Notes: generated by a model not told the origin, from the sequence alone. Counted from the stretch's first letter, positions 19,516-31,620 are shown. The stretch is 64,000 nt of DNA from Candidatus Dadabacteria bacterium CSP1-2 (GCA_001443445.1 LDXN01000001.1:49290-113289), one strand, 5' to 3'. Numbers and translations: made by a program.

Positions 19516-20460
19516 ATGAAGGCATTTGTATTTCCAGGGCAGGGATCACAATATGTAGGAATGGGGCAAGATCTTTACAAGGAATTTCCCACTGCAAGAA
19601 GAACCTTCGAAGAATCAAGTGAGGTACTTGGGTTAGATATGGCAAAACTCTGTTTTGAGGGAGACTCGAAGGATTTAAGACTCACGGAAAACACGCAGCC
19701 TGCCATTCTTACTGTTAGTGTTGCTGCTTGGCTGGTGCTTGACGAGGAAACGGGTATTAAAGCTGATTTTCTTGCGGGTCATAGCCTTGGTGAATACTCT
19801 GCCCTTGTTGCAAGCGGAGGGCTTGATTTTAGAGATGCTGTTTTAGTTGTTAGAAAGCGTGGGGAATACATGCAGGCTGCAGTTCCTGATGGCGTAGGTG
19901 CTATGGCTGCTATTCTCGGTCTTTCCAAAGAGAAAGTGGAAGAAGCGTGTAGGGAGGCTTCTCAAGACGGTCTGATAGTTAGCCCGGCTAATTTTAATGC
20001 ACCTGGTCAGGTTGTGATATCAGGTAATAAAGAAGCGGTTGAGGAAGCCTGTGCATTGGCAAAATCAAATGGAGCAAAAAGGGCTGTACTTCTCGAAGTA
20101 AGTGCTCCATTCCACTGTGCGTTAATGAACACTGTTGCAAAGAGATTGGAAGAGGTTTTAAGCCAAGTTGATATCTTCGAACTTGAAGTCCCTGTTGTAT
20201 CGAATTACGAAGCAAAACCGAATAAGGATTCATCTAGGGTGAAGACTCTTCTTATAGACCAGGTTGCAAACCCGGTGAGATGGGATGATTCGGTTAATAT
20301 GTTATATGAAAGCGGTGTTAGGGAGTATGTTGAGATTGGGCCTGGTAATGTGCTTTCTGGTTTAATAAAAAGGACTGTTTCTAATATTTCAGTTCTTAAT
20401 TTTGAAAAAATTGAACAACTCAAATCTCTCAAAGAAAGATGGAAAACACTTAAATTATGA
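19516..20460 (+). CDS. fabD: malonyl-CoA:ACP transacylase
   Basis: 'FPGQGSQYVGMG' and 'GHSLGEYSAL' active-site motifs. Confidence 0.9.
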   Translation: MKAFVFPGQGSQYVGMGQDLYKEFPTARRTFEESSEVLGLDMAKLCFEGDSKDLRLTENTQPAILTVSVAAWLVLDEETGIKADFLAGHSLGEYSALVASGGLDFRDAVLVVRKRGEYMQAAVPDGVGAMAAILGLSKEKVEEACREASQDGLIVSPANFNAPGQVVISGNKEAVEEACALAKSNGAKRAVLLEVSAPFHCALMNTVAKRLEEVLSQVDIFELEVPVVSNYEAKPNKDSSRVKTLLIDQVANPVRWDDSVNMLYESGVREYVEIGPGNVLSGLIKRTVSNISVLNFEKIEQLKSLKERWKTLKL

Positions 20461-20483
20461 AGTAAGGGATGTTTGGTATAAAG

Positions 20484-20612
20484 CGGTCATGAGCAAGCCT
20501 GTCCCGAGTTCGGTCGAGGGAACTCGTGACCTACCCAATATGGGGAAATAAAATAAAAATCGGGTAGTCCGCCAGTCGTCTCGCCTGAGCTCGACGCAGG
20601 CTTGCTGGTGGC
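20484..20612. repeat. MITE family B copy (two abutting half-elements)
   Basis: 'GTCATGAGCAAGCCTGTCCCGAGTTCGGTCGAGGGAACTCGTGACCTACCC' followed by 'GGGTAGTCCGCCAGTCG...GCTTGCTGGTGG'. Confidence 0.65.
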
Positions 20613-20621
20613 TTAAGGAAA

Positions 20622-21368
20622 ATGGCAGAATTTAAAGATAAGGTAGCGCTTGTAACAGGCTCGTCAAGAGGTATTGGAAGGGCTGTAGCACTTGAGTTAG
20701 CTTCACGTGGTGCGTTCGTTATCGTTAACTATGCCCAAAACGAGGCTGCGGCAAGGGAAGTACTATCTACGATAGGAAATTCTGGAGGAAAAGGCGAGAT
20801 TAGGCATTTTGATGTAGCTAATACAACCGTAGTTCAGGATGAAATTGGGAAGATAGGAGAGCAATTAGGCGGACTTCATATACTAGTAAATAACGCAGGC
20901 ATTACAAGAGACGGTCTTATAGTACGGATGAAGGAGGAAGATTGGGATGTGGTTCTTTCCATTGACCTGAAGGGTGTATTTAATTGTACAAGGGCTGCTG
21001 CGAAGATTATGATGAAGCAGAAATACGGAAGGATCATAAATATTGCTTCAATCATAGGGGAGATGGGAAATGCTGGGCAAGTCAACTATTCAGCCGCAAA
21101 AGCTGGTATAATAGGATTTACTAAATCTGCTGCAAAGGAACTTGGCTCTAGAGCAATAACGGTAAATGCAGTGAGTCCAGGGTTTATTGAGACTGATATG
21201 ACACGTAATCTTCCTGAGAATATTAGGAATAAATATGTGGAAGGTATTCCACTTGGGAGGTTTGGAACTCCAGAGAATGTTGCAAAGGTAGTAGCATTTC
21301 TTGCATCTGATGATGCATCTTATATCACAGGAGAAGTTGTAAGGGTAAATGGCGGGCTTTATACTTGA
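20622..21368 (+). CDS. fabG: 3-oxoacyl-ACP reductase
   Basis: 'GSSRGIGRAVA', 'NNAG', and the 'YSAAKAG' SDR catalytic motif. FAS II context. Confidence 0.9.
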   Translation: MAEFKDKVALVTGSSRGIGRAVALELASRGAFVIVNYAQNEAAAREVLSTIGNSGGKGEIRHFDVANTTVVQDEIGKIGEQLGGLHILVNNAGITRDGLIVRMKEEDWDVVLSIDLKGVFNCTRAAAKIMMKQKYGRIINIASIIGEMGNAGQVNYSAAKAGIIGFTKSAAKELGSRAITVNAVSPGFIETDMTRNLPENIRNKYVEGIPLGRFGTPENVAKVVAFLASDDASYITGEVVRVNGGLYT

Positions 21369-21395
21369 AAAACAAAAATTTGGGAGGAATTAATT

Positions 21396-21647
21396 ATGGG
21401 AATTCAACATGAACAGGAAATAGTTGGCAAGGTGAAGAAGATGGTTGCTAGTCAGCTTGGAAAGTCTGAGGATGAGATATCTCTCGAATCGGCATTCATC
21501 GAGGATTTAGGTGCAGATTCACTTGACCTGGTGGAGCTAGTCATGGCGATGGAGGACGAATTTGGTGTAGAAATCTCTGACGAAGATGCACAGCGCATTA
21601 TAACGGTTCAGGATGCGATAAGCTATGTTCTGGAGCGTCGGAAGTAA
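21396..21647 (+). CDS. acpP: acyl carrier protein
   Basis: '[19 protein letters not shown]' phosphopantetheine attachment motif. Confidence 0.9.
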   Translation: MGIQHEQEIVGKVKKMVASQLGKSEDEISLESAFIEDLGADSLDLVELVMAMEDEFGVEISDEDAQRIITVQDAISYVLERRK

Positions 21648-22882
21648 TGAAAAGAAGGGTAGTTGTAACCGGAGTCGGGCTTATAACCCCACTTGGCACG
21701 GGAAATGAAAAAAGCTGGAAAGGAATCTGTGAGGGACATCCGGGGATAAGGCGGATTCAAAAGTTCGATCCTTCGGTGCTCAAGACACAGATAGCTGGTG
21801 AGGTTCTTGATTTTGATCCTGTTAATTTTATGGATCCTAAGGAGATAAGAAGAAGCGATCCATTTATTCAATACGCTGTTGCAGCTACACAACTATCTCT
21901 GAATGATGCTGGTCTCGAAATTACGGAGGATATTTCTCCGGACGTTGGGACTTTTGTGAGTTCCGGAATCGGGGGGCTTGATTCATTTCAGAAAAATGTG
22001 ATAGAGATGCATGAAAGGGGGCCTTCACGGGTATCACCATTCTTCATTCCTTCAATGATTGCAAATATGGCTTCTGGATACGTATCAATATTCTTCCACG
22101 CTAAGGGACCTAATAGCTGTACAACCACCGCATGCGCAGCGAGCGCACATGCAATTGGAGATTCGGCAAAGATAATTGAAAGAGGTGATGCGGATGTGAT
22201 GATAGCAGGAGGTACAGAGGCGCCGATTCTTCCTGTTGCGATAGCAGGATTTAACTCAATGAAGGCACTATCAACTAGGAATGAAGAACCGCATCGTGCT
22301 TCCCGGCCTTTTGATAAAGAACGGGACGGGTTTGTAATGGGTGAAGGCGCTGGGATTTTAATCCTAGAGGAGCTTGAGTTTGCAAAAAAACGTCGTGCAA
22401 GGATTTATGCAGAAATAATTGGATATGGTATGAGCAGCGACGCTTATCACATTACATCTCCTTCACTTGATGGCCCAGTTAGGTGTATTAGAAGGGCCCT
22501 ACGTGATGCTCAGCTAAACCCAGAGGATATTGATTATATAAATGCCCACGGAACATCTACTCCTCAAAACGATGTCAATGAAACACGTGCTGTAAAAGAG
22601 GTTTTTAATAGCTATGCCTATAAACTCCCGATAAGTTCAACAAAATCCATGACAGGGCATCTTCTCGGCGCAGCGGGAGGTATTGAATCTGCCTTTACAG
22701 TTCTTGCTTTGTATAATGGGATTATTCCGCCAACTATCAATCTTGAAAATCCTGATCCTGACTGCGATTTAGATTACGTTCCCAACGAGGCAAGAGAGAA
22801 AAAGATAAAAACTGCCCTTAGCAACTCATTTGGTTTCGGTGGGACAAACGCAAGTTTGGCTTTTAAGATGTTCGACGACTGA
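21647..22882 (+). CDS. fabF: 3-oxoacyl-ACP synthase II
   Basis: 411 aa; active-site Cys 'TACAASAHAIG' and 'HGTSTPQND' motifs. TAATG overlap with acpP. Confidence 0.9.
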   Translation: MKRRVVVTGVGLITPLGTGNEKSWKGICEGHPGIRRIQKFDPSVLKTQIAGEVLDFDPVNFMDPKEIRRSDPFIQYAVAATQLSLNDAGLEITEDISPDVGTFVSSGIGGLDSFQKNVIEMHERGPSRVSPFFIPSMIANMASGYVSIFFHAKGPNSCTTTACAASAHAIGDSAKIIERGDADVMIAGGTEAPILPVAIAGFNSMKALSTRNEEPHRASRPFDKERDGFVMGEGAGILILEELEFAKKRRARIYAEIIGYGMSSDAYHITSPSLDGPVRCIRRALRDAQLNPEDIDYINAHGTSTPQNDVNETRAVKEVFNSYAYKLPISSTKSMTGHLLGAAGGIESAFTVLALYNGIIPPTINLENPDPDCDLDYVPNEAREKKIKTALSNSFGFGGTNASLAFKMFDD

Positions 22883-22962
22883 GAGAGTATTCTTACATAG
22901 TTTGGATAACAAAGCTGATATTTTAACTTGATAATTCCTTACAATATACTACGTGGGTTCAA

Positions 22963-23135
22963 CTGTCATTGTGAGCACATTCACTTAGTTCAGTGTAAAC
23001 TCCGCGAAGCAATCTTACACGGGGTGTCATTCCGAACCTTGTCCTGAGCCGTGAGCCCTGAGCATGTCGAAGGGGCAGGGGAAGGAGCAGTGAGGAATCT
23101 CAATCAGATTGCTTCGGTTTCCTCAAATGACCAAA
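22963..23135. repeat. composite full-length MITE (family A ends + family B core)
   Basis: Order: GTCATTGTGAG, GCGAAGCAATC, GTCATTCCGAACC, GTCCTGAGCCGTGAGCCCTGAGCATGTCGAAGGGG, GATTGCTTCGG, CTCAAATGAC. The nested inverted repeats contain the motifs of both shorter families. Confidence 0.65.
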
Positions 23136-23280
23136 AGGACTCTGTGTTAGTATGACGATACCCTTCAGCTTGCTGTAGTAAGTTTCATTCCACAATCATT
23201 AAAACATTCCTAAATATTTTTCTCCTGTATGTTAAGATCAACAACTCATTATAAAATTGCCGGTTAAATAGGACTGATAC

Positions 23281-23969
23281 ATGATAAAAGAGTTTGCCGA
23301 AAACTTGTGCCTGGTCGAAGATGAAAAATTCTCGGTTGGGGGTTTGCAAATTGGAAGCCGCATGACGATAGTTCGTATGAATGATGGCAATTTATTTGTT
23401 CATTCACCAATAGCACTTTCAAAAACAATAAATGACTCAATTGATTCCATTGGTAAACCAAGATTTATTATCGCACCTAACACTATGCACCACCTATTTT
23501 TGAAACAATTTTATGATCAATATTCAGATACAGAGCTTTATATAGTGCCGGGACTAAGGAAAAAGTGCCCTGCTCTCTCACATGCAAAAGATTTAGTGGA
23601 TGGAACGGATTACCCATGGAAAAAGGAAATTAAACAACATCATGTTAAGGGAATAACCAAATTAGAAGAGGTTGTATTCTTTCACCCACAGAGTAAGACA
23701 CTGGTATTAACTGATTTAGCTTTTTATATAACTTCTGAAAGATCTTTGTTTACATGTTTGTTCTTTCGTTTAAATGGTGTGTATGATAAGTTTGGTCCGT
23801 CGAGAATATTCAAGCACTTTATTCTAAAGAACAAATCTGAATTCAAAAAATCACTCGATTACATTTTGACTTGGAATTTTGAAAGAATAATCATCTCACA
23901 TGGGAAACTTATCAAAAAAAAAAGAAAAAAGAAAAAAGAAATGATGTTTTTGCTGAAGCTTTTAAGTAA
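23281..23969 (+). CDS. DUF4336-like (metallo-beta-lactamase-fold) protein; probable frameshift in A10GA6GA6 tract
   Basis: Motifs 'FIIAPNTMHHLF', 'VVFFHPQSKTLVLTDLAFYI', 'WNFERIIISHG'. After the poly-A run at 23915-23940 the family-like C-terminus 'NDVFAEAFK*' is in another frame and ends at 23969. The 24078-ending ORF tail ('KKKRKKKKEMMFLL...') looks artefactual. The region is AT-rich. Confidence 0.55.
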
Positions 23970-23971
23970 AT

Positions 23972-24151
23972 CTAATGTTCCAGTTCACGGCAGAGATCAA
24001 TTACTTCTTTTATTCGTGGATAAAGTTCATCTAGTGTTTTGGCCTGAGTATAGCAGCTTTTTAACGAAGGCACTGTAGCTACGTAGTATCCGTTCTCATC
24101 CTGCTCAATTAAAACGGTTAAAGTACGATGTCTTGTTCTTATTTTACTCAT
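23972..24151 (-). CDS. HicB-like (UPF0150) antitoxin-family small protein, orphan
   Basis: 58 aa: 'MSKIRTRHRTLTVLIEQDENGYYVATVPSLKSCYTQAKTLDELYPRIKEVIDLCRELEH'. It fits the HicB N-domain pattern (IExDEdGgYVAxVPeLpGCxTQGdTleEa). Too short for the ORF track. No intact hicA partner is adjacent. Confidence 0.6.
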   Translation of the reverse strand: MSKIRTRHRTLTVLIEQDENGYYVATVPSLKSCYTQAKTLDELYPRIKEVIDLCRELEH

Positions 24152-24363
24152 TTTTCTATTCCATGTTCATGTTTTCAAAGCTTTCGATTAGTATAGTACA
24201 AGTAAATTTTGGTATCAACAAAACACAGGAAAGGTGGAGAGTTAGGTTGTATCTCTTTCAGCTAATTTCAGATCTAGTGTAAGATAAATTTTCATATTTA
24301 CACTCCTAGTATATAATACAATTATGTGTATTTGTAAGCTTGAATCATAATGGGAGAAAAGTA

Positions 24364-27075
24364 ATGGCTACAAATAATCCTTTTGATACTATTGCGTCCC
24401 TTAAAACCAGTTTCGAAACGGTTAAGTTCTACTCCCTAGAGCGACTTGGAAATGCTTTAAAAGTTGATATTTCACGATTGCCCTTTTCAATTAAAGTTCT
24501 TATAGAAAACGTTCTTAGGCACTGTGATGGACATCTAGTAACTGAAGACGATGTTAGCGCGATTTCGCATTGGAATGCTAAAAAATCCGAAGGAAGTGAG
24601 ATACCATTTTTACCTGCACGTGTTGTACTACAGGATTTTACAGGAGTTCCTTGCGTCGCGGATTTGGCAGCAATGCGTTCTGCTGTGCACAAAATGGGCG
24701 GAGACACAAAGCGGATAAATCCCATCGTCCCCGTTGATCTTGTGATTGACCACTCAGTTCAGGTTGACTATTTTGGTTCGCCCTCCGCTTTTGAGGCTAA
24801 TGTTGAAAGGGAGTTTGAACGTAATCGTGAGCGTTATGGTTTCCTAAGGTGGGCACAGAAGGCGTTTGATAAATTTAGAGTGGTGCCGCCAGGAACAGGC
24901 ATAGTCCATCAGGTTAATCTCGAATACCTAGCAAAGGTTGTTCAGTCAAGTGGAATGAATGGTGATACCGTTGCATTTCCTGACACCCTAGTCGGGACTG
25001 ATTCCCATACCACAATGATTAATGGCCTTGGAGTATTAGGTTGGGGTGTTGGGGGAATTGAAGCCGAAGCCTGCATGTTAGGCCAGCCACTTTACATGCT
25101 TATCCCGGAGGTTGTTGGTTTCAAACTAACCGGTGAACTGGTGGAAGGTGCTACGGCTACCGACCTTGTGCTTACTGTGACACAGATGTTGAGACAAAAA
25201 GGTGTTGTAGAAAAGTTTGTAGAATTCTTTGGCCCTGGTTTGAGCCGTCTAAGCCTTGCAGATCGAGCAACTGTGGCTAATATGTCACCAGAGTATGGGG
25301 CAACCATGGGTTTCTTTCCTGTAGATGAAGAAACCCTTAATTACCTTCACGGAACCGGTCGCGATAAAGAACTTGTTGAACTGGTTGAATACTATACAAA
25401 GACACAAGGGCTTTTCAGAACTGATGATATGCCAGATCCAATCTATAGTGAGGTTTTAGAGCTAGACATGAGAACAGTTGAACCATGTCTTGCTGGCCCT
25501 AGGCGTCCACAGGACAGAGTGCCTCTTAAAGAAATGAAAAGGTCTTTCGTAAGTGTACTAAAGAGTTACCTTACGGAGCAGAAGGAGGGTGTTCAAGGTA
25601 CAGGTGTTGGGGAAAGGGTTGAGGTAAAGATGAATGGGCATAAAGCGATGCTGACTCATGGATCTGTTGTTATTTCAGCTATTACGAGTTGTACAAACAC
25701 ATCCAACCCCTCGGTTATGATAGGTGCAGGACTCTTGGCAAAAAAGGCAGTCGAACAAGGTCTTGAGGTGAACCCCGCTGTCAAAACAAGCTTAGCGCCA
25801 GGATCACGTGTTGTAACAGACTATCTCAAGGAATCAGGGCTAATGCCTTATCTAGAGGCATTGGGGTTTCATCTAGTCGGTTATGGTTGCACGACGTGTA
25901 TTGGGAATAGTGGGCCACTGCCAGAACCAATAGCTGAGGCTGTGAAAAAAAATGATCTAACCGTCGCTGCTGTTCTAAGTGGGAATAGAAACTTTGAGGG
26001 TCGTATTAATCCACTTTCCAAAATGAGCTATCTTGCATCGCCGCCGCTTGTAGTGGCGTATGCGCTAGCTGGTACAGTAAATATTGATATGTTGAATGAA
26101 CCGTTGGGTGTGAGCCGTAGCGGCAAGCCCGTATATCTTAAGGATATCTGGCCAAGTCAGAATGAGATTCGTAACGCAATTGAAAAAGCTCTGAAACCTG
26201 AGCTTTTTAGAGGTCAATATGCACATGTCTTCGAAGGTGATGAGCGATGGAAAAAATTATCTACCCCTGAAGGTAACCTGTATAAGTGGGATGCGGAATC
26301 AACCTACATCCAGGAGCCGCCATTCTTTAAAGATCTCTCGCCGGAGCCACAAGCTTTGCAGGACATCAGGGGAGCACGCGTCCTTGCGTTACTTGGAGAT
26401 TCTGTGACTACCGATCATATTTCACCCGCCGGGGATATACCGGTAGATGGTCCGGCCGGGAAATATCTAATTGATTGTGGTGTAACAAAGAGGGAATTTA
26501 ACAGCTTTGGTTCACGGCGCGGTAACCATGAGGTTATGATTCGTGGAACCTTTGCAAATATTAGGATTAAGAATTTAATGGTACCAGGCACTGAAGGCGG
26601 CTGGACTATTTATATTCCAACGAATGAAAAAATGAGCATCTATGAGGCTTCGATGAAATATAAAACTGAAAGTATTCCGCTCATTGTTATAGCAGGGAAG
26701 GAATACGGAAGCGGCAGCTCACGCGACTGGGCGGCAAAGGGTACAATGCTTCTTGGTGTTAAAGCAGTAATCGCTGAGAGTTTTGAAAGGATTCATCGAA
26801 GCAACCTTGTAGGAATGGGGGTACTTCCGCTTCAGTTTAAACCCGGTGAGAGCCACGAGACGCTCAATTTGACAGGCTTTGAAGAATATGACATAGAAGG
26901 AATTACCAAACAACTTAAACCCCGTAAAGAGGTTACGATTAGGGCACGGAGAACTGATGGCAGTGAAATTAGATTTAAAGCGATATGCCGCCTCGATAGT
27001 CTAATTGAAATAGAGTACTATCGTAACAGCGGAATTCTCCAGACGGTGCTTCGTCAAATGCTTAAGGTGAGCTGA
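24364..27075 (+). CDS. acnA: aconitate hydratase A
   Basis: About 900 aa with '[16 protein letters not shown]' and the 'CTNTSNPS' / '[10 protein letters not shown]' Fe-S ligand motifs. RBS GGGAGAAAAG. Confidence 0.9.
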   Translation: MATNNPFDTIASLKTSFETVKFYSLERLGNALKVDISRLPFSIKVLIENVLRHCDGHLVTEDDVSAISHWNAKKSEGSEIPFLPARVVLQDFTGVPCVADLAAMRSAVHKMGGDTKRINPIVPVDLVIDHSVQVDYFGSPSAFEANVEREFERNRERYGFLRWAQKAFDKFRVVPPGTGIVHQVNLEYLAKVVQSSGMNGDTVAFPDTLVGTDSHTTMINGLGVLGWGVGGIEAEACMLGQPLYMLIPEVVGFKLTGELVEGATATDLVLTVTQMLRQKGVVEKFVEFFGPGLSRLSLADRATVANMSPEYGATMGFFPVDEETLNYLHGTGRDKELVELVEYYTKTQGLFRTDDMPDPIYSEVLELDMRTVEPCLAGPRRPQDRVPLKEMKRSFVSVLKSYLTEQKEGVQGTGVGERVEVKMNGHKAMLTHGSVVISAITSCTNTSNPSVMIGAGLLAKKAVEQGLEVNPAVKTSLAPGSRVVTDYLKESGLMPYLEALGFHLVGYGCTTCIGNSGPLPEPIAEAVKKNDLTVAAVLSGNRNFEGRINPLSKMSYLASPPLVVAYALAGTVNIDMLNEPLGVSRSGKPVYLKDIWPSQNEIRNAIEKALKPELFRGQYAHVFEGDERWKKLSTPEGNLYKWDAESTYIQEPPFFKDLSPEPQALQDIRGARVLALLGDSVTTDHISPAGDIPVDGPAGKYLIDCGVTKREFNSFGSRRGNHEVMIRGTFANIRIKNLMVPGTEGGWTIYIPTNEKMSIYEASMKYKTESIPLIVIAGKEYGSGSSRDWAAKGTMLLGVKAVIAESFERIHRSNLVGMGVLPLQFKPGESHETLNLTGFEEYDIEGITKQLKPRKEVTIRARRTDGSEIRFKAICRLDSLIEIEYYRNSGILQTVLRQMLKVS

Positions 27076-27272
27076 AGCAGATATTCTCCAAGAGCAATTC
27101 CCATTAATTCCTATACGATGGCTGGAATCATAAAGGGTACTGGACTCAGCATCGAGGAATTTAAAAAAGCTTTTATGATGGTGGGAGAGAAAATCTAGCA
27201 AAGCAGATTTGTTTTTCTTTCAAATCCATGTATATTCAATTTCCTAAAAATATATAAGAGAGGAATTACGTC

Positions 27273-28532
27273 ATGTCGTCGTTTACACCGTCAAGCGAAG
27301 GTCAAAAAATCAAAATTGATCAAAAAAAGAATGAACTTCAAATTCCAGATAACCCTATCATTCCTTTTATAGAAGGTGATGGAACAGGGCCTGATATATG
27401 GCGGGCTTCTCAGCGTGTGTTTGATGCCGCAGTTAAAAAGGCATATAACGGCAACAAGAAGATAGTGTGGTTTGAGGTTCTTGCTGGTGAAAAGGCATAC
27501 AATAAACTTGGAAACTGGCTCCCTGATGAAACGCTTGAGAATATAAAGGGATATATAGTCGCCATAAAGGGACCTCTTACAACTCCTGTGGGTGGAGGTA
27601 TTAGGAGTTTAAACGTTAGTCTAAGACAACTTCTTGATCTTTATGCCTGTGTGCGTCCTGTTAGATACATTAAAGGGACCCCTTCTCCTGTAAAAAAACC
27701 TGAACTTATGGATGTAGTGATTTTTAGAGAAAACACTGAGGATGTTTATGCTGGGATCGAGTGGAAAAGCGGCTCTCCTGAGGTAAAAAGGCTTTTAAAG
27801 TATTTAAAACGGAATTTCAAAGTGAATATTCGCGAAGATTCTGGAATTGGAATTAAACCGATAAGCGCTTTTGGCACAAAGAGGCTTGTTAGAAAAGCTA
27901 TTAAGTACGCACTTGCAAGAGGTAGAAAGAGCGTAACAATCGTTCACAAGGGAAACATCATGAAGTTTACTGAGGGTGCGTTTAGAGAGTGGGGCTATGA
28001 GCTTGCTCGAGAGGAATTTGGTCATGTTACGATTACGGAGGATGAACTCTGGACAAAGTATGATGGCCGGATGCCTGAAGGGAAGCTACTAATTAAAGAC
28101 AGGATTGCAGATAATATGTTCCAGCAGGTTTTAACAAGACCAGATGAATATGATGTAATTGCAACACCTAACCTGAATGGTGATTATCTCTCCGATGCAT
28201 GTGCTGCCCAGGTAGGTGGGCTTGGAATGGCTCCAGGTGGAAACATTGGAGATTTCTATGCAGTATTTGAAGCAACACACGGAACAGCGCCAAAATATGC
28301 GGGACAGGACAAGGTGAATCCAGGCTCTGTAATACTTTCGGGTGTTATGATGTTTGAGTATCTTGGCTGGCAAGAGGCCGCAGATATGATCATTAAAGCC
28401 ATGGAGAAAACAGTTTCTGAAAAAAAGGTCACTTACGACCTACATCGTCAGCTTGAAGGCGCTAGACTTCTCAGGTGCTCCGAGTTTGGAGATGCGATTA
28501 TATCTAATATGGATTCGGTACAAGGTGAGTAG
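27273..28532 (+). CDS. icd: isocitrate dehydrogenase (NADP-type, homodimeric)
   Basis: 419 aa: '[15 protein letters not shown]', '[19 protein letters not shown]'. Confidence 0.9.
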   Translation: MSSFTPSSEGQKIKIDQKKNELQIPDNPIIPFIEGDGTGPDIWRASQRVFDAAVKKAYNGNKKIVWFEVLAGEKAYNKLGNWLPDETLENIKGYIVAIKGPLTTPVGGGIRSLNVSLRQLLDLYACVRPVRYIKGTPSPVKKPELMDVVIFRENTEDVYAGIEWKSGSPEVKRLLKYLKRNFKVNIREDSGIGIKPISAFGTKRLVRKAIKYALARGRKSVTIVHKGNIMKFTEGAFREWGYELAREEFGHVTITEDELWTKYDGRMPEGKLLIKDRIADNMFQQVLTRPDEYDVIATPNLNGDYLSDACAAQVGGLGMAPGGNIGDFYAVFEATHGTAPKYAGQDKVNPGSVILSGVMMFEYLGWQEAADMIIKAMEKTVSEKKVTYDLHRQLEGARLLRCSEFGDAIISNMDSVQGE

Positions 28533-28684
28533 ACGATTTATATCATTTCCAGGCCATTTCATATTGGCATCTTTCCCTACATAATGTATGGCTTTTAATA
28601 CGAAGACAACCCTTGTTATTCATGATATAGAGCTTTGAATATCTCCGCTACACCCTGAATATATTTTCATGCCCTGTATAAGAC

Positions 28685-28713
28685 TTGACACATTGAAGTT
28701 GTAGATTATGCTA
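28685..28713 (+). promoter_or_regulatory. candidate sigma-70 promoter for mdh (TTGACA-16/17-TATGCT)
   Basis: A TTGACA hexamer at 28685-28690 with a -10-like TATGCT 16 nt downstream, about 50 nt before the mdh start. Confidence 0.35.
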
Positions 28714-28759
28714 ATCATAGATTTCTATTCGGAGTGAAAATCAAGCATAGGAGTGAGCA

Positions 28760-29701
28760 ATGAGCAGACCAAAAATCTCAGTAATCGGTGCGGGAAACGT
28801 AGGTGCTTCTGCTGCCTTAAAATTAGCGGAACTCGAGCTTGGAGATGTTGTTCTTGTAGACATTGTAGAAGGCATGCCTCAAGGAAAGGCGCTTGATTTA
28901 ATGCAGATGCGTCCTGTATCCGGGCGCGACGTTAATATTATCGGGACAAATGGTTATGACGAGACAGAAGGGTCAGATATTGTAATAGTAACGTCAGGCA
29001 TTCCCCGTAAACCAGGAATGAGCCGTGATGATCTTCTTTCAACCAATACTAAGATTGTAAAACAGGTTACTGCAGAAGTGGCAAAAAAATCTCCAAACTC
29101 AATCTTAATTCTCGTTACAAACCCACTTGATGCAATGGTATACGTAGCATATAAGGTGAGCGAATTCCCAAAGCAAAGAATAATGGGAATGGCTGGAGTT
29201 TTGGATTCGGCTAGGTTTAGGACCTTTATCGCAATGGAGCTTGGTGTGTCCGTAGAAAATATACATGCGTTTGTTCTTGGAGGACACGGAGACGATATGG
29301 TTCCACTTGCAAGGTGTACTACGGTTGCAGGTGTTCCGATTACGGAGCTTATGTCTAAGGATAGGGTTGATGCTTTAATTCAGAGAACCCGCGATGGTGG
29401 CGCTGAAATTGTTAAACTCTTAAAGACGGGAAGTGCATTTTATGCACCTGCTGCTTCAACTGTAGAGATGGTAGAGGCGATACTTAAGGATAAAAAGAAA
29501 ATCCTCCCTTGTTGTGTTCTCGCAGAAGGTGAATATGGAATTAACGATACTTTTGTTGGTCTTCCTGTTAAGCTTGGAAGAAGTGGGATTGAAGAAATCT
29601 TGGAGATAAAGCTCACGCCCGAAGAACGTGAAGCGCTTCACCTTTCGGCAAGCCACGTTAGAGAGCTTTGTAACAGGGTGCATGAACTGGGGGAGCTTTA
29701 A
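28760..29701 (+). CDS. mdh: malate dehydrogenase (LDH-like family)
   Basis: 313 aa: '[13 protein letters not shown]', '[16 protein letters not shown]', 'LGGHGD'. Confidence 0.9.
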   Translation: MSRPKISVIGAGNVGASAALKLAELELGDVVLVDIVEGMPQGKALDLMQMRPVSGRDVNIIGTNGYDETEGSDIVIVTSGIPRKPGMSRDDLLSTNTKIVKQVTAEVAKKSPNSILILVTNPLDAMVYVAYKVSEFPKQRIMGMAGVLDSARFRTFIAMELGVSVENIHAFVLGGHGDDMVPLARCTTVAGVPITELMSKDRVDALIQRTRDGGAEIVKLLKTGSAFYAPAASTVEMVEAILKDKKKILPCCVLAEGEYGINDTFVGLPVKLGRSGIEEILEIKLTPEEREALHLSASHVRELCNRVHELGEL

Positions 29702-29853
29702 GGAATTTGGTTGGTAAAACAAGGTTATCTAGTTAAATGACTTTACAGAGAAGTACAATTCAGTTAATAAATCTTGCTCCATTTATAATCTAAGAATTAT
29801 AAACATAACTAAAAAATGATTATTGGTTCTCATCAAGGTGGTTCACATAAAGA

Positions 29854-31620
29854 ATGGGTAATTACGAAACTTATAAATATGATGTTGTTGTAGTCGGTGG
29901 AGGTGGTGCCGGGCTAAGGGCCGCCATTGCGGTTGCGGAGACAAATCCAGCCCTAAAGGTAGCTCTAGTGAGTAAGGTTTACCCGATGCGCAGTCACACG
30001 GTATCGGCTGAGGGAGGAGCCGCCGCAGTAATTAAGGAAAACGACAGCTTCGACGAGCACTGCTCGGACACAATTCTGGGAAGCGACTGGCTTGCCGATC
30101 AGGATGCTGTCGAGTTGTTTGTCAAAGAAGCGCCCAGTGAGATGATTCAACTTGAACACTGGGGTTGTCCATGGAGCCGTGAGCCAAACGGCAAGGTAGC
30201 CGTACGTCCCTTTGGCGGAATGAAAATCGAGCGCACCTGGTTTGCCGCTGATAAGACAGGCTTTCACATGCTTCATACGCTCTATCAGACCTCCCTTAAG
30301 TACGATAACGTCACCCATTTCGACGAGTGGTTTGCGACCAAGGTCCTCGTCGAAAATGGACGCTGTCAGGGGATCACTGCCCTAGAATTGCGCTCTGGTC
30401 AAATACGAGTTATTGCCGGTAAGGCCGTTATTATCTGTACAGGAGGTGCAGGACGCGTTTTCCCATTCACGACAAATGGGGCGATTAAGACCGGAGATGG
30501 AATGGTCATGGCCTATCGGGCTGGGGTAGCTCTCAAAGACATGGAGTTTGTCCAATACCATCCAACTGGTCTTCCCGGAACAGGAATCCTCATTACCGAG
30601 GCAGCTCGCGGAGAAGGGGGCATCTTAGTCAACAAGGATGGTTACCGCTATCTGCAAGACTACGATTTGGGTAAGCCGCTTGAGGTTACAGATTCCCGCC
30701 ATCCAGTTAAGAAGACAATGGAACTCGGCCCCCGTGATCGCTTAAGCCTAGCCTTCATGAAGGAGGTAGAGAAGGGGCGCACGCTATCAGGGGCATATGG
30801 TGAGTACGTTCACCTCGATCTCAGGCATCTCGGTGAAAAAAAGGTTGATAAGAAGATACCGTTTGTGCGGGAGCTCTCAACAAAGTATGCGGGGATTGAC
30901 CCTGTCTACGAGCCTATTCCCGTTCGGCCAGTCGTCCACTATATGATGGGCGGCGTTGACACTGATATAGACGGGGCAGCTTCGATGCCGGGTCTCTTTG
31001 CTGCAGGAGAGGCAGCTTGTGTCTCGATCAACGGAGCAAATCGGCTTGGCTCCAATTCGCTGACTGAGCTTTTGGTCTTCGGGGCAATAGCTGGACGGGC
31101 AGCAGCAAGGTTTGCAACTGAACATCCCGAACTTGATCTCACTGCTCTCCAGAAACAGGGAGCCGACGAACAGGAGAGGATCGCAAAGAATTTTATTCGT
31201 AAGGATGGAGGCTATGAACGCGTAGCCACTCTTCGGCAGGAGATGACGAGAACCATGGAGTCTGGTGCCGGTATTTACCGCTCTGAGACAAGCCTAAAAG
31301 AAACTTGTAATAAGCTGGCTGAACTCAGGGGTCGTTTTTCTAATATCCTTATTGAAGACCGGAGCCTCAGCTTTAATACTGAACTCACCTCAGCCCTGGA
31401 GCTTGACCTCATGCTCGATGTTGCTCAGGCGATAGCGCATAGTGCTCTTGCCAGAACTGAGAGTCGCGGCTCGCATCAACGAACCGATTACCCGGATCGC
31501 AACGACGAAAAATTTCTCAAGCACTCGCTTGCCTTTCGCACTGATGGCGCGCCCCGGATCGAATACAAGGATGTTATCATTACACGCTGGCCCCCGGCTG
31601 AGCGTGTATATGGGAGGTAA
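29854..31620 (+). CDS. frdA: fumarate reductase/succinate dehydrogenase flavoprotein subunit
   Basis: 588 aa: FAD motif '[14 protein letters not shown]', 'SHTVSAEGG', and the 'HYMMGGV' / 'RTESRGSH' C-terminal motifs. It precedes frdB, frdC and frdD. Confidence 0.9.
   Translation: MGNYETYKYDVVVVGGGGAGLRAAIAVAETNPALKVALVSKVYPMRSHTVSAEGGAAAVIKENDSFDEHCSDTILGSDWLADQDAVELFVKEAPSEMIQLEHWGCPWSREPNGKVAVRPFGGMKIERTWFAADKTGFHMLHTLYQTSLKYDNVTHFDEWFATKVLVENGRCQGITALELRSGQIRVIAGKAVIICTGGAGRVFPFTTNGAIKTGDGMVMAYRAGVALKDMEFVQYHPTGLPGTGILITEAARGEGGILVNKDGYRYLQDYDLGKPLEVTDSRHPVKKTMELGPRDRLSLAFMKEVEKGRTLSGAYGEYVHLDLRHLGEKKVDKKIPFVRELSTKYAGIDPVYEPIPVRPVVHYMMGGVDTDIDGAASMPGLFAAGEAACVSINGANRLGSNSLTELLVFGAIAGRAAARFATEHPELDLTALQKQGADEQERIAKNFIRKDGGYERVATLRQEMTRTMESGAGIYRSETSLKETCNKLAELRGRFSNILIEDRSLSFNTELTSALELDLMLDVAQAIAHSALARTESRGSHQRTDYPDRNDEKFLKHSLAFRTDGAPRIEYKDVIITRWPPAERVYGR

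Noticed and set aside
24243-24296. Possible hicA remnant 'MKIYLTLDLKLAERDTT*' upstream of the HicB-like gene
   Set aside because: Only a vague resemblance to HicA N-termini. It terminates after 17 codons and no continuation is recoverable in other frames.
27118-27198. 26-codon ORF 'MAGIIKGTGLSIEEFKKAFMMVGEKI' between acnA and icd, faintly like a HicA C-terminus
   Set aside because: Too short, no RBS, and 3 kb away from the HicB-like gene. Most likely fortuitous.
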